From Candidatus Micrarchaeota archaeon (GTDB taxonomy: Archaea > Micrarchaeota > Micrarchaeia > Norongarragalinales > Norongarragalinaceae), in the NCBI GenBank assembly GCA_964634375.1, contig CAZWIQ010000001.1, positions 1,200-45,822 on the forward strand: DNA of 44,623 nt, in the 5' to 3' direction. Position numbers and translations under genes: made by a program. The stretch's first letter is position 1. Each line of letters opens with the position of its first letter. A model generated the notes under the pieces. It did not search any database. It was not told the DNA's origin and worked only from the letters and a program-made list of their open reading frames with translations. Below are positions 1 through 8,617 of the stretch, piece by piece.

Positions 1-129
1 CACGAGGGCCCGCGCCTCGAAAAAACGCTTTTACGCAAAGGAATGGTTTTCACCGTCGAGCCGGGAATTTACGAAAAGCGCGGAAGCGCTTCGTTCGGCT
101 GCCGTTTCGAGGACTTGGTCTTCCTCTGA
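1..129 (+). CDS. C-terminal fragment of an M24-family metallopeptidase (Xaa-Pro dipeptidase / aminopeptidase-like); 5' end lies outside the window
   Basis: Frame 1 reads HEGPRLEKTLLRKGMVFTVEPGIYEKRGSASFGCRFEDLVFL-stop. The GMVFTVEPGIY...RFED.V pattern is the conserved C-terminal pita-bread motif of M24 peptidases. Confidence 0.6.
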   Translation, partial: HEGPRLEKTLLRKGMVFTVEPGIYEKRGSASFGCRFEDLVFL

Positions 130-143
130 TTGCGTGGTTTTTC

Positions 144-752
144 TTGAAGAAGAAAAAAGGTTGGGTAGTCAAGCGCGAGCGCCCCGAGGAAAAAATCGGT
201 GACGCCCGCATTTTCTATGACGAGCAAGGCGAGGCGGAGCGTTACTCGCAAAGCGGCGCGTTGCAGCGAATTCAAAAACGACTCACTTTGAAGGCGTTGT
301 TGTACGCGGAATTTCCCGAGGGCGCGCGGTTGCTCGACGCGGGTTGCGGAAACGGTTACAGCGCGCTCATAGCCAAAGAAGCTGGTTATGCCGTAAAGGG
401 TTTCGACATTTCTCCGACTATGGTGGAAATCGCTCGGCGCGGCGGAGTCGACGCGCGCGTGGGCGACTTGCGCAAGATTCCTTTTCGGGCGAAAGAGTTC
501 GACGGAGTTTTCTCGGTCAGCGCGCTGCAGTGGCTGAAGAAGACAGACGATCTAGCCAAAGCCGCAGGGGAGTTCTACCGAGTCTTGAAGCGCGGGGGCG
601 GCGCGGTCGTCCAGTGGTACCCTAAAAGCGAAGAAGAAATGCTTGCCGCGGCGGACGAATTCAAGCGAGCGGGTTTCGAAGTAACTCTGCGCGTCGAGAA
701 TCCGGACAACGCGCGCAAGCGCCGCGTTTTCATGTTGTGCGACAAGCGTTAG
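144..752 (+). CDS. Class I SAM-dependent methyltransferase, Bud23/WBSCR22-like N-terminal pattern
   Basis: SAM motif I is LLDAGCGNGYS, with later FDGVFSVSALQWL. The N-terminus FYDEQGEAERYSQSGALQRIQKRLTLKALLYAEFPEG resembles the Bud23/WBSCR22 lead-in as I remember it. Exact start is uncertain. Confidence 0.75.
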   Translation: MKKKKGWVVKRERPEEKIGDARIFYDEQGEAERYSQSGALQRIQKRLTLKALLYAEFPEGARLLDAGCGNGYSALIAKEAGYAVKGFDISPTMVEIARRGGVDARVGDLRKIPFRAKEFDGVFSVSALQWLKKTDDLAKAAGEFYRVLKRGGGAVVQWYPKSEEEMLAAADEFKRAGFEVTLRVENPDNARKRRVFMLCDKR

Positions 753-758
753 ATTCGT

Positions 759-1199
759 TTACCACAGCGTTCCTCTTTCAAAGAGCGCAATTATTTCGTT
801 TACCGCTTCGTGAACTGGCTGGTGGTAAGCCATGTCGTCTTTCGCTAGTCCGGTTCTGCTCACAACCAAAAATTTTTTGTATTCAATTTCGTCGACGCGG
901 AGCGTTACACCCTTATTTCGCGCCAGCGCGGCTATTAACGGTTTTTTAATCAGAATTTCGAGTGTGCGCGCTTTGTTCGTCGGCACCGCGGTCTTCGGTC
1001 CGCCCATTCCATAACCTCCTACATCAATAACACCATAATTCACTCCGAGTTCGTGAGACGCGATTCTCACCCCGTACGCGACGCTTCGCCCGCTGTCATC
1101 GGCATTGTGGTAAATCCGATTGGCGCGCACTCCCAATTCTCCTTGAATTTTCTCTGGCAACAACTCAGCGTATATTTTTGGCTTCAGCATCAAAATCAC
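759..1199 (-). CDS. Hypothetical protein (146 aa), no family recognised
   Basis: Clean ORF with GC3-rich codon usage that fills the gap between neighbouring genes. It is divergent from the histone-fold gene. No motif I can name. Confidence 0.5.
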   Translation of the reverse strand: MILMLKPKIYAELLPEKIQGELGVRANRIYHNADDSGRSVAYGVRIASHELGVNYGVIDVGGYGMGGPKTAVPTNKARTLEILIKKPLIAALARNKGVTLRVDEIEYKKFLVVSRTGLAKDDMAYHQPVHEAVNEIIALFERGTLW

Positions 1200-1411
1200 C
1201 CTGCGCCAATAAACTTTGGACTATTGGCGATATAATCTTGTTTGGGCCCTTTTTTCAATGTTTCCAGGACGTTTTTAGGGCAGCGTTTTTCTCCTCAAAA
1301 ACAGGTTTTAAAAGCGTTGCGCACCCAATAATAGCGTCGAAAGACAGCGACAAAATAAACTAATTTTAGCGTTGAAAACGACTTTGTTTTAGAGTGAAGG
1401 GTGGTTGCGCG

Positions 1412-1852
1412 ATGAAAGAAGATCCAGAAGAAAAAATGGCTGCCGACATAGCGAAAGGCGGAGCGGCGGACGCCGCCGAAGGCGGCGAAGCGGAAGTAAG
1501 CGAAAGCGAAGAAGAAGCCATGAAGCTGCCTTTCCCGACCGCGCGCGTCGTAAAGATTATACGCGAAAACTTGAAGCGCGAACACCAGATTAAGAGGGAC
1601 GTCAAAATCGAGGCGAACACGCTGCTCGGCGAAATCCTCGCGGACATCGCGCAAAGCATGGACAATGAAGAGTATTTCACGCTCAGCGGAGAACACTTCC
1701 ACAAAGCGTCGCGCAAATACCGCGAAATCGCGCTCAACCAGAAGCGCATCCGCCGAATTCAGAAGATTCTTGAGAAGCAACGCGCGGAACTCGACGAAAT
1801 CGTCACGGAAATCGAGCTCGAGAACCCGGCTCCAAGCGTTGCACAACAGTAA
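1412..1852 (+). CDS. Histone-fold DNA-binding protein with acidic N-terminal tail and C-terminal coiled-coil extension
   Basis: The core LPFPTARVVKIIRENL-KREHQIKRD-VKIEANTLLGEILADIAQSMDNE-EYFTLSGEH-FHKASRKY matches the alpha1-L1-alpha2-L2-alpha3 pattern of archaeal HMf and NC2/NF-Y histone folds. ATG 1412 is preceded by GGGTGG about 8 nt upstream. The ORF opens at 1394, and an internal ATG at 1520 would remove the tail. Confidence 0.6.
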   Translation: MKEDPEEKMAADIAKGGAADAAEGGEAEVSESEEEAMKLPFPTARVVKIIRENLKREHQIKRDVKIEANTLLGEILADIAQSMDNEEYFTLSGEHFHKASRKYREIALNQKRIRRIQKILEKQRAELDEIVTEIELENPAPSVAQQ

Positions 1853-1880
1853 CCGCAGCAACCAGCAATCGCGTGATTCA

Positions 1881-2789
1881 GTGGCCCACCAGGAAAAAGA
1901 CAAAGAAAAAACGTTTCGCAAGAAAACGCCGCGCAGAGAAGGCTTGAAAGAAGAGTCCGACGAAGAACTGGAAGCGATGCGGCTCCAGCGCGACGCGTTG
2001 AACAAGGACGCGCGTTCGCTCGCGCAAATAAACAAGGAGCAGATAGCGAAATACCGCGAGTGCGCGGCGGAAGCGGCGGAGGCGCGCAAGAAGCGCGACG
2101 CGGAAAACGCGGTCGTCAAGCAGCTCGTCGAAGAAAAGAAGAAGATTGAAGCGGAAATCGGGGGCGCAAAGCAAGCGCTCGCCGTAGCGCGCCATAACCT
2201 TGCGGGCATGGAGGGCTTCGTCGAGAATCCGGAGCGCATTCAAGAGCAAATCGAGAAGCTCGAATGGCTGCAGCAGACCGAGGCGTGCAGCGCCCGCGAG
2301 GAACGCGAGTTCGGCAGGCGCATCGCCGAATTGAAAGCGCGTCTCCCGCGCAACGCCACCGCCGTCGCGGCGCTCAAGGAGTTGCGCGAAACGCGAGCGA
2401 AACTCGGCGTTTTAATCGAAAAGGCGCGCGCTTTGGGCGCGAAGATCCGCGAGCACGCGGACAAGAGCGACGAGTTGCACGCCGGCGTGGTGAACGCTAG
2501 CGCGCGCGCGGACCGTTTGAGCGAAAAAATCTCGCAGCAGTTCGCGGCGCTCGACGAAAAGCGCGCGAAAGCCAGCGAGAGCCACCACCAACTCGTCGAA
2601 GCGCGGCGCAGCACGCGCACGCAGGAAGAAAACGAGGCGGCGCGCGAGCTGGCGGCGCGGAGGGCGCGCGAACGAAAGGCAAAGAGCGCGCTCGGCGAGA
2701 AGGCGCGCAAGCTTTTCGACGAGTTCAAGAAAGGCAAAAAGCTTTCAATGGACGAGTTGCTGGTTCTCCAGGAAGCGGGAGTTGTTTGA
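1881..2789 (+). CDS. Long coiled-coil protein (archaeal COG1340-like)
   Basis: About 300 aa of heptad-like E/K/R/A-rich sequence, ending in KKGKKLSMDELLVLQEAGVV. The start is ambiguous: GTG 1881 or ATG 1977. The ORF-track start at 1665 overlaps the upstream gene. Confidence 0.55.
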   Translation: MAHQEKDKEKTFRKKTPRREGLKEESDEELEAMRLQRDALNKDARSLAQINKEQIAKYRECAAEAAEARKKRDAENAVVKQLVEEKKKIEAEIGGAKQALAVARHNLAGMEGFVENPERIQEQIEKLEWLQQTEACSAREEREFGRRIAELKARLPRNATAVAALKELRETRAKLGVLIEKARALGAKIREHADKSDELHAGVVNASARADRLSEKISQQFAALDEKRAKASESHHQLVEARRSTRTQEENEAARELAARRARERKAKSALGEKARKLFDEFKKGKKLSMDELLVLQEAGVV

Positions 2790-2822
2790 GGAGTCGTTTT
2801 GAAGAAGGGAGAAGTGGTTTGA

Positions 2823-3347
2823 ATGGATTTGAAGTCGTTGTCTTGGTTCAAGATTTTCGCGGTCGTCCTGCTTTTGCTCGCGGTTTGGTTCGCTTGGGAC
2901 GCAAAGAACGCGGCGGGAGGCGTTGCGGCGCAGGGAAGCGTTTTCGCTTTCGTTGACCCGTCGAGCGCCGCGGGAAAACCCGTTTTCGGAACGCCGATTC
3001 AGGCGAGCGTTTTCGTTTTCAACAACGGCGGCATCCCCGTTTTCCTGAACGGAGTGGGGAACGCGTCGGTCGAATGCGGAGGCAAAGCCGTGACGCCTCC
3101 GGTTTCGGCGTCGCGCGGCGAGAAATCGCTTTACTTGAAGGACGTTGCGACCGCGCTCGGCAGCGGAGCGGTTCTCGTTCCCGGCGATTACACGGTTTAT
3201 TCGTTCAACCTGCCGGCGGTTGACGCGGCGAACGCGAAGGCGTCGGAGTGCGAAGTGGTTTTCAAGGTGTTCGAGGACAAAGCGGACGGCGAGGGTTTCG
3301 AGAAAGACTTCGTTCTAGGCGTTTTTCCAAAGCAGAAAACCGGTTGA
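2823..3347 (+). CDS. Hypothetical membrane-anchored/secreted protein
   Basis: N-terminal hydrophobic helix FKIFAVVLLLLAVWFAW followed by a soluble beta-rich region. No known domain recognised. Confidence 0.5.
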   Translation: MDLKSLSWFKIFAVVLLLLAVWFAWDAKNAAGGVAAQGSVFAFVDPSSAAGKPVFGTPIQASVFVFNNGGIPVFLNGVGNASVECGGKAVTPPVSASRGEKSLYLKDVATALGSGAVLVPGDYTVYSFNLPAVDAANAKASECEVVFKVFEDKADGEGFEKDFVLGVFPKQKTG

Positions 3348-3397
3348 AAAACCGGCTGAGTTACGTGAGACCGCTTCCTTCAAGCGCCGCCCGTCCT

Positions 3398-4660
3398 TCA
3401 AGTGCCTTCTTCCCAGCTCGCGAGATATTTTTCCTGTTCCGGCGTGAGCTTGTCGATGCGCAGCCCGTAGCTCGACAGTTTGAGCCGCGCGACTTCGTAA
3501 TCGATTTCCTTCGGCACTTCGTGGACTTTCACAGCCAGCTTTCCTTTGTTGCGCACGAGCCATTCCGCGACGAGCGCTTGGTCGGCGAAACTAGTGTCCA
3601 TCACCGCGGGCGGGTGGCCTTCCGCGCAAGCGAGATTCACGAGGCGTCCTTGCGCGAGGAGAACGATGCGGCGTCCGTTCGCAAGCGTGTATTCCTCGAC
3701 TTCCGGCAGAACCGTGCGCTTGCGCTTCGCGGCCGCGTCGAGTTGCTTGACGTTGATTTCGCAGTCGAAGTGCCCCGTGTTCGCTATAATCGCGCCGTCC
3801 TTTAACAAAGCAAAATGGCGTTTGTCGATTACGTTGATGTCGCCGGTTGCCGTAACGAAAATGTCTCCTATGCGGGCGGCGTCCGCCATCGGCATCACGC
3901 GGAAGCCCGCCATGCTCGCTTCCAGCGCCTTCATCGCGTCGACTTCCGTGACGACGACGTTCGCGCCCATTCCGCGTGCGCGGTCGGCGAGCCCGCGGCC
4001 GCAGTGCCCGTATCCCGCGACTACGAACGTTTTTCCCGCGAGCAGCACGTTCGTGGCGCGTACGATTCCGTCGATGGTTGACTGGCCCGTGCCACGCAAA
4101 TTATCGAGCAAGCGCTTAGTCGGCGTGTCGTTTACGGCGACGACGGGATAGCGCAGCGCGCGGTCCTTGTGCATCGCGCGAAGGCGGATTACGCCCGTAG
4201 TCGTTTCTTCTTGCCCGCCGATGATGCCTGGAATCAGGTTCGGGCGTTTCGAGTGCACGGTGGAAATCGCGTCGGCTCCGTCGTCGAGCGTGATGTGCGG
4301 CTTGATGTCGAGCGTTTTGTTGAGGCACCAATAGTAATCGCGTTGGTTGACTCCGCGCCAAGCGTAAACCAAAATTCCTTCCGCCGCCAGCGCTGCGACG
4401 ACGTCGTCTTGAGTGCTCAACGGATTGGAGCCGCAGAGCGCAACGTCCGCCCCGCCAGCCGCCAGCGTTTCCACGAGCACGGCAGTCTCTTTCGTGTTGT
4501 GCAGGCACGCGGCGATGCGGATGCCGCGCAAGGGCTTTTCGCGGGCGAAGCGCTTCTTGATTTCCGCGAGAACCGGCATGTGCTGCCGGGCCCACTCGAT
4601 TTTTTTCATTCCTTGCGGAGCGAGCTTGATGTCCTTAATCTTGAACTTTAACGACTTCAA
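3398..4660 (-). CDS. ahcY: S-adenosyl-L-homocysteine hydrolase
   Basis: 420 aa with KDIKLAPQGMKKIEWARQHMPVL, HNTKETAVLVETLAAGGADV and the NAD-binding VVAGYGHCGRG motif. TTG start is preceded by GGTGG. Confidence 0.95.
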   Translation of the reverse strand: MKSLKFKIKDIKLAPQGMKKIEWARQHMPVLAEIKKRFAREKPLRGIRIAACLHNTKETAVLVETLAAGGADVALCGSNPLSTQDDVVAALAAEGILVYAWRGVNQRDYYWCLNKTLDIKPHITLDDGADAISTVHSKRPNLIPGIIGGQEETTTGVIRLRAMHKDRALRYPVVAVNDTPTKRLLDNLRGTGQSTIDGIVRATNVLLAGKTFVVAGYGHCGRGLADRARGMGANVVVTEVDAMKALEASMAGFRVMPMADAARIGDIFVTATGDINVIDKRHFALLKDGAIIANTGHFDCEINVKQLDAAAKRKRTVLPEVEEYTLANGRRIVLLAQGRLVNLACAEGHPPAVMDTSFADQALVAEWLVRNKGKLAVKVHEVPKEIDYEVARLKLSSYGLRIDKLTPEQEKYLASWEEGT

Positions 4661-4701
4661 AGCAAACCACCTTTTCAGGTTAGAATTTACGCTGTCAGCG
4701 T

Positions 4702-4709
4702 CTTTAAAG
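4702..4709 (-). promoter_or_regulatory. Candidate TATA box (palindromic CTTTAAAG) for ahcY, in the 325-bp divergent ahcY/atpH intergenic region
   Basis: A/T-rich octamer 42-49 bp upstream of the ahcY start, leaving room for a short leader carrying GGTGG. Position-based inference only. Confidence 0.3.
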
Positions 4710-4985
4710 CGTTTTCCTCGTTAGCCACCGTTTTTCGTTTTTACCGGTTTCCCGGTTTTCCCCGTTTTTCTCAAGGTTTAAAAACCAGTTTCTGCTATAA
4801 ACGGCTTGCTTTTCAGCGAAACGCGTTAGAAAACCGATTTTTTCGACGCAGCGAAAACGCGTTTTTTTTCGCTTTCAGCGTGGGTGTAAAAACGCGAGGA
4901 TTCAGCACCGGCGGGCGGCAACCAGCCGACGGCGGCCGACTGATTGCAGCCGAGCGGCGGCGGCAGTGAAAAAAAGGCGGTTTTC

Positions 4986-5300
4986 ATGAGTCACGAGTTG
5001 ATTGAGCGAGTCAAGCGCGCCGAAGAGAAGGCGGACGCGGTACTCGCGGCGGCGAGCGAAAAAGCGGCGAAAATAGTTGAAGACGCCGAAGCGGATTCGC
5101 GGGCGTCGTTCGACAAGCGAGTCAAGGCGTTGAGCGCGAAGAAAGAAAAGGCGTTCGCCGACGCCGAAGGCGAGGGAAAGCGCGAGGCGGACGCGTTGTT
5201 GGAGGCGGCGGCTGGAGAGCGGAAGGCGGCGGAAGCGAAGTGGCGAAAGAACTCACCGCGCGCCGCTGATTTCGTCAAGGATTTCGTTTTGAAACATTGA
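4986..5300 (+). CDS. atpH: A-type ATP synthase subunit H
   Basis: Small A/E/K-rich helical protein (MSHELIERVKRAEEKADAVLAAASEKAAKIVEDAE...) in first position of an atpHIKECFABD operon. Confidence 0.7.
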   Translation: MSHELIERVKRAEEKADAVLAAASEKAAKIVEDAEADSRASFDKRVKALSAKKEKAFADAEGEGKREADALLEAAAGERKAAEAKWRKNSPRAADFVKDFVLKH

Positions 5301-5316
5301 ATTAACGGGTTGTTTT

Positions 5317-7281
5317 GTGGGCCGAGTTAAATTCGAGAAAATCGTTGTAACGTCGGTCGAGGGGAACCGAGAAGCGTTGATGCGCGCCTTGCAGGAAACG
5401 GGCGTCGTGCACATCCAGCCGAGCGCGGAACCAAAGAGTTTGAGCGAGGAACGCGAGGCGCACTTGCGCCAACTGCTTTCGCACTTGAAGCACTGCATTT
5501 CTTTTTACCGCCGTTTTTCGCCGGTGAAGCGCGACCCTATCGAAATGTTCGCGGAACTCGACCACCGCGACGAAGTCAGCGAGGAAGACAAACGCGTTTT
5601 CCGCGAAGAAATTCTCTCTCGTCTTCCTGAAATTTATGCGGATTGCCAAGCCGGTGAAGCGAAGCTCGCCGAGTTTTCGAGCCGGGCGCAAGTGCTCGCG
5701 GATTTGAAGGAGAAACTCAAGCCGTTCGCGCAGTGGGAAATCGATTTTTCGAGCACGAAGGGAACGCGAGATACGAGCGCGGCGTTGTTCGAGTTCAAGA
5801 AAAAAAATTTCGATTCCTTCGCTAAGCTCGCGAAGAATTCGGCGGCGAGCGTCGTGTGGGAGAAGAAGGCGAGCGTTATCGCGCTCGTCGTTTCTTTGAA
5901 GGGTTTTGAAGGCGAGGCAAGCGAGTTCGGCGGCGCGGCTGCCGCCGTGCCGGAAGCGCCTGGTTTCGACGGTTCGCCCGGCGAGGTTCTGCAGCGAATC
6001 GGCGAAGCGGCGGCTTCGCTTGCGGTGGCGCGCAAGGAGTTCGAGGAAAGCGAGCGGAAGAAAGCGCTCGGGCTTTTGCCGGAGTTGGGCGCTACTTTCG
6101 ATTCCGTTCTTTCGGACGAGCGTCAGTTGCACGTTTCGCGCAACTTGTTCGTTTCCCGCCACGCGTTCGCGCTTACGGGTTGGATTCCTGTTTCCACTCA
6201 TGAGCGGGTCGAACGCGTCGTGCGCGGCGTGTGCGGGGAAACGTGCGCAATCGTCTTCGAGGAGCCGGACGCGTCGAAGGGAGACAACCCGCCGTTGCTT
6301 CTCAAGAACCACTCGTTGTTCAAGCCGTTCGAAGGCATTACGACGGGATTCGGAACCCCGTCGTACTACGAAAGCGATCCCACGCCGTTTCTCGCGCCTT
6401 TCTTTTTCTTGTTCACCGGTTTGTGTTTGACGGATGCGGGTTACGGCGTCGTTCTCGTGCTCGTCTCGGCTTTTCTTTGGGCGCGTTACAAGCAGTTGCG
6501 CGGATTTTTCATGCTGCTCATGCTGATCGGCGTTTCAACCGTCATTTGCGGGGCGTTGATTGGAGGTTGGTTCGGCGGGCTTGTTCCGATTAAAATATTG
6601 TGGTTCGATTCGATGAAGGACCCCGTTTCGTTCCTCGTGCTTGCGTTCGTTTTGGGCTTCGTGCACTTGGTTTGGGGCCTCGTAGCCGAGTTTTACGACG
6701 CGTTGCGTTCGCGCGATTTCGTTCATGCGTTCGCCGACGTGTTTCTCTGGATGAGCCTGCTTTTGAGCGTCGGCGCCTTCGCGGCGCTCGCCGCCGGCGC
6801 GGCGCCGAAAACGTTTGAACAATCCATCACGGTTTGGTTGTGCGCGAGCGCAATCGGACTCGTTTTGACGCAGGGGAGGCACGAACGGAATCCCGTGATG
6901 AAGGTTTTCTCGGGCGTAATCAGCTTGTACGCTCTCGTGGGTTACTTCAGCGACGTAATGAGTTACTCGCGTTTGCTCGCGCTAGGCTTGTCGACGGGAG
7001 TCGTCGCGATGATTGTAAACGAGCTCGCAAAAATCGGTTTGAACATGGGGCTAGGCCCGCTCGGAATCGTAATCGCTGCCGGTATCTTAATCGGCGGGCA
7101 CGCGTTCAACTTGATCTTGAATCTTCTCGGCGCTTACATTCACTCGATGCGCTTGCAGTACGTCGAGTTTTTTTCGAAATTCCTCACTGGCGGTGGAGTG
7201 CGTTACGAACCATTGCGTTTGGGAAACGTTTACACCAAGCCGCTTCCGAGCGGGGTTTTCGCTAAAAAGGACGGCGAGTAA
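5317..7281 (+). CDS. atpI: A-type ATP synthase subunit I (116-kDa a-subunit homologue)
   Basis: 654 aa with a soluble coiled N-terminal half plus a polytopic C-terminal half. The C-terminal half contains SYSRLLALGLSTGVVA and the HSMRLQYVEFFSKF motif typical of V/A-type a/I subunits. Confidence 0.9.
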   Translation: MGRVKFEKIVVTSVEGNREALMRALQETGVVHIQPSAEPKSLSEEREAHLRQLLSHLKHCISFYRRFSPVKRDPIEMFAELDHRDEVSEEDKRVFREEILSRLPEIYADCQAGEAKLAEFSSRAQVLADLKEKLKPFAQWEIDFSSTKGTRDTSAALFEFKKKNFDSFAKLAKNSAASVVWEKKASVIALVVSLKGFEGEASEFGGAAAAVPEAPGFDGSPGEVLQRIGEAAASLAVARKEFEESERKKALGLLPELGATFDSVLSDERQLHVSRNLFVSRHAFALTGWIPVSTHERVERVVRGVCGETCAIVFEEPDASKGDNPPLLLKNHSLFKPFEGITTGFGTPSYYESDPTPFLAPFFFLFTGLCLTDAGYGVVLVLVSAFLWARYKQLRGFFMLLMLIGVSTVICGALIGGWFGGLVPIKILWFDSMKDPVSFLVLAFVLGFVHLVWGLVAEFYDALRSRDFVHAFADVFLWMSLLLSVGAFAALAAGAAPKTFEQSITVWLCASAIGLVLTQGRHERNPVMKVFSGVISLYALVGYFSDVMSYSRLLALGLSTGVVAMIVNELAKIGLNMGLGPLGIVIAAGILIGGHAFNLILNLLGAYIHSMRLQYVEFFSKFLTGGGVRYEPLRLGNVYTKPLPSGVFAKKDGE

Positions 7282-7337
7282 AAAAGTTTTCGTTTTCGCG
7301 TTCCTCTAGAAAAGGAAAAAGTAAAATTGGGGGGTAG

Positions 7338-7823
<486 letters not shown>

Positions 7824-7842
7824 GCGTCGCGTGAGAAGAAAA

Positions 7843-7900
7843 GGCGGCGTTTTGAAGCGCCGCCCGCTTACCTCCCCCTTTTCCCTTTTACGTTTTTTTC
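7843..7900 (+). terminator. GC hairpin followed by T-rich tract between atpK and atpE (possible intra-operon attenuator or terminator)
   Basis: GGCGGCG (7843-7849) pairs perfectly with CGCCGCC (7858-7864). It is followed by CCCCCTTTTCCCTTTTACGTTTTTTTCC. Confidence 0.35.
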
Positions 7901-7924
7901 CGGTCGGAGGAACTTCAAGAAAAA

Positions 7925-7954
7925 TCGAGAAACGTCGAGAACCGTCGAGAAAGG
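7925..7954 (+). repeat. Three tandem 10-bp direct repeats, TCGAGAA(A/C)(C/G)G
   Basis: tcgagaaacg / tcgagaaccg / tcgagaaagg, contiguous, 34-63 bp upstream of the atpE start. Confidence 0.6.
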
Positions 7955-7987
7955 CCGGGAAAAGGTCAAGGAAAGAGTTGGTGCCTG

Positions 7988-8608
7988 TTGCACGGAATAG
8001 ACCGCGTGGAAAAAGCGATTATTGAAAACGCCGAACGCAAGGCGGACGAAACCGTCAGCGAAGCGAAGCGCCGCGCTGCCGAAATCGCCGCCAAAAGCGA
8101 CGCCGAGGCGGGCGCGCTTGAACGCAAAGTGCTCGGCGACGCGGAAAAGCAGGCGTCGCTCGCGCGGGAACGCGTCGTAGCGGACGCGCGCATGCACGTC
8201 GCGAACGAAGTCGTGGAAGCGAAGAACCGCGTTCTCGACTCGGTTTTCGTCGACGCGCTTGACGCGCTCGTCAAGTGGAAGAAGCGGAACGCGAGCGATT
8301 ACAAGAAGTGGGTTTCGCGCCTTGTCGCGGGAGCGACGCGCGGTAAAACCGGCGCGAGCGGCGCGAGCGGTGCGAGCGGCGTGCAACTCGTTTTCGCTAG
8401 CGACGACGCGAAGTTGTTCAAAAACGATTACTCCGGAAAATTCGCCGTCAGTTTTTCTGACGAGTTGAGCGGCGGCGTCATCGTGCGCTTGCCGAGCGAG
8501 AACATAGAAATCGACGAATCTTTCGAGCAAAAGATTCGCGGCGCGCGCGGCGTTTGCGCCGTCGATGTCGCGAAAATGCTTTTCGGGGGAAAGAAAAACA
8601 AGGATTGA
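7988..8608 (+). CDS. atpE: A-type ATP synthase subunit E
   Basis: VEKAIIENAERKADETVSEAKRRAAEIAAKSDAEA... forms a long N-terminal helix followed by a globular C-terminal domain, in operon position. Start is TTG 7988 or GTG 8006. Confidence 0.85.
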   Translation: MHGIDRVEKAIIENAERKADETVSEAKRRAAEIAAKSDAEAGALERKVLGDAEKQASLARERVVADARMHVANEVVEAKNRVLDSVFVDALDALVKWKKRNASDYKKWVSRLVAGATRGKTGASGASGASGVQLVFASDDAKLFKNDYSGKFAVSFSDELSGGVIVRLPSENIEIDESFEQKIRGARGVCAVDVAKMLFGGKKNKD

Positions 8609-8617
8609 ACGGCGTGA

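Noticed and set aside
4743-4770. Shared CCGGTTTTC/CCCGTTTTC units at 4743-4770 (ahcY upstream) and 16329-16356 (5' end of the eIF-2B-like ORF). There is also a possible 17-codon mini-ORF (MRKTGKTGKPVKTKNGG) on the minus strand.
   Set aside because: The units are short and occur in swapped order. They correspond to the reverse complement of K-T-G codon runs, which also appear in the FKBP N-terminus. This is most likely a compositional or low-complexity coincidence. There is no evidence that the mini-ORF is expressed.
8351-8377. Three tandem 9-bp repeats, GG(C/T)GCGAGC, encoding GAS-GAS-GAS inside atpE.
   Set aside because: It is a real repeat but a trivial in-frame microsatellite in a loop region of subunit E, with no evidence of function. 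It is mentioned only as a possible strain-variable site.
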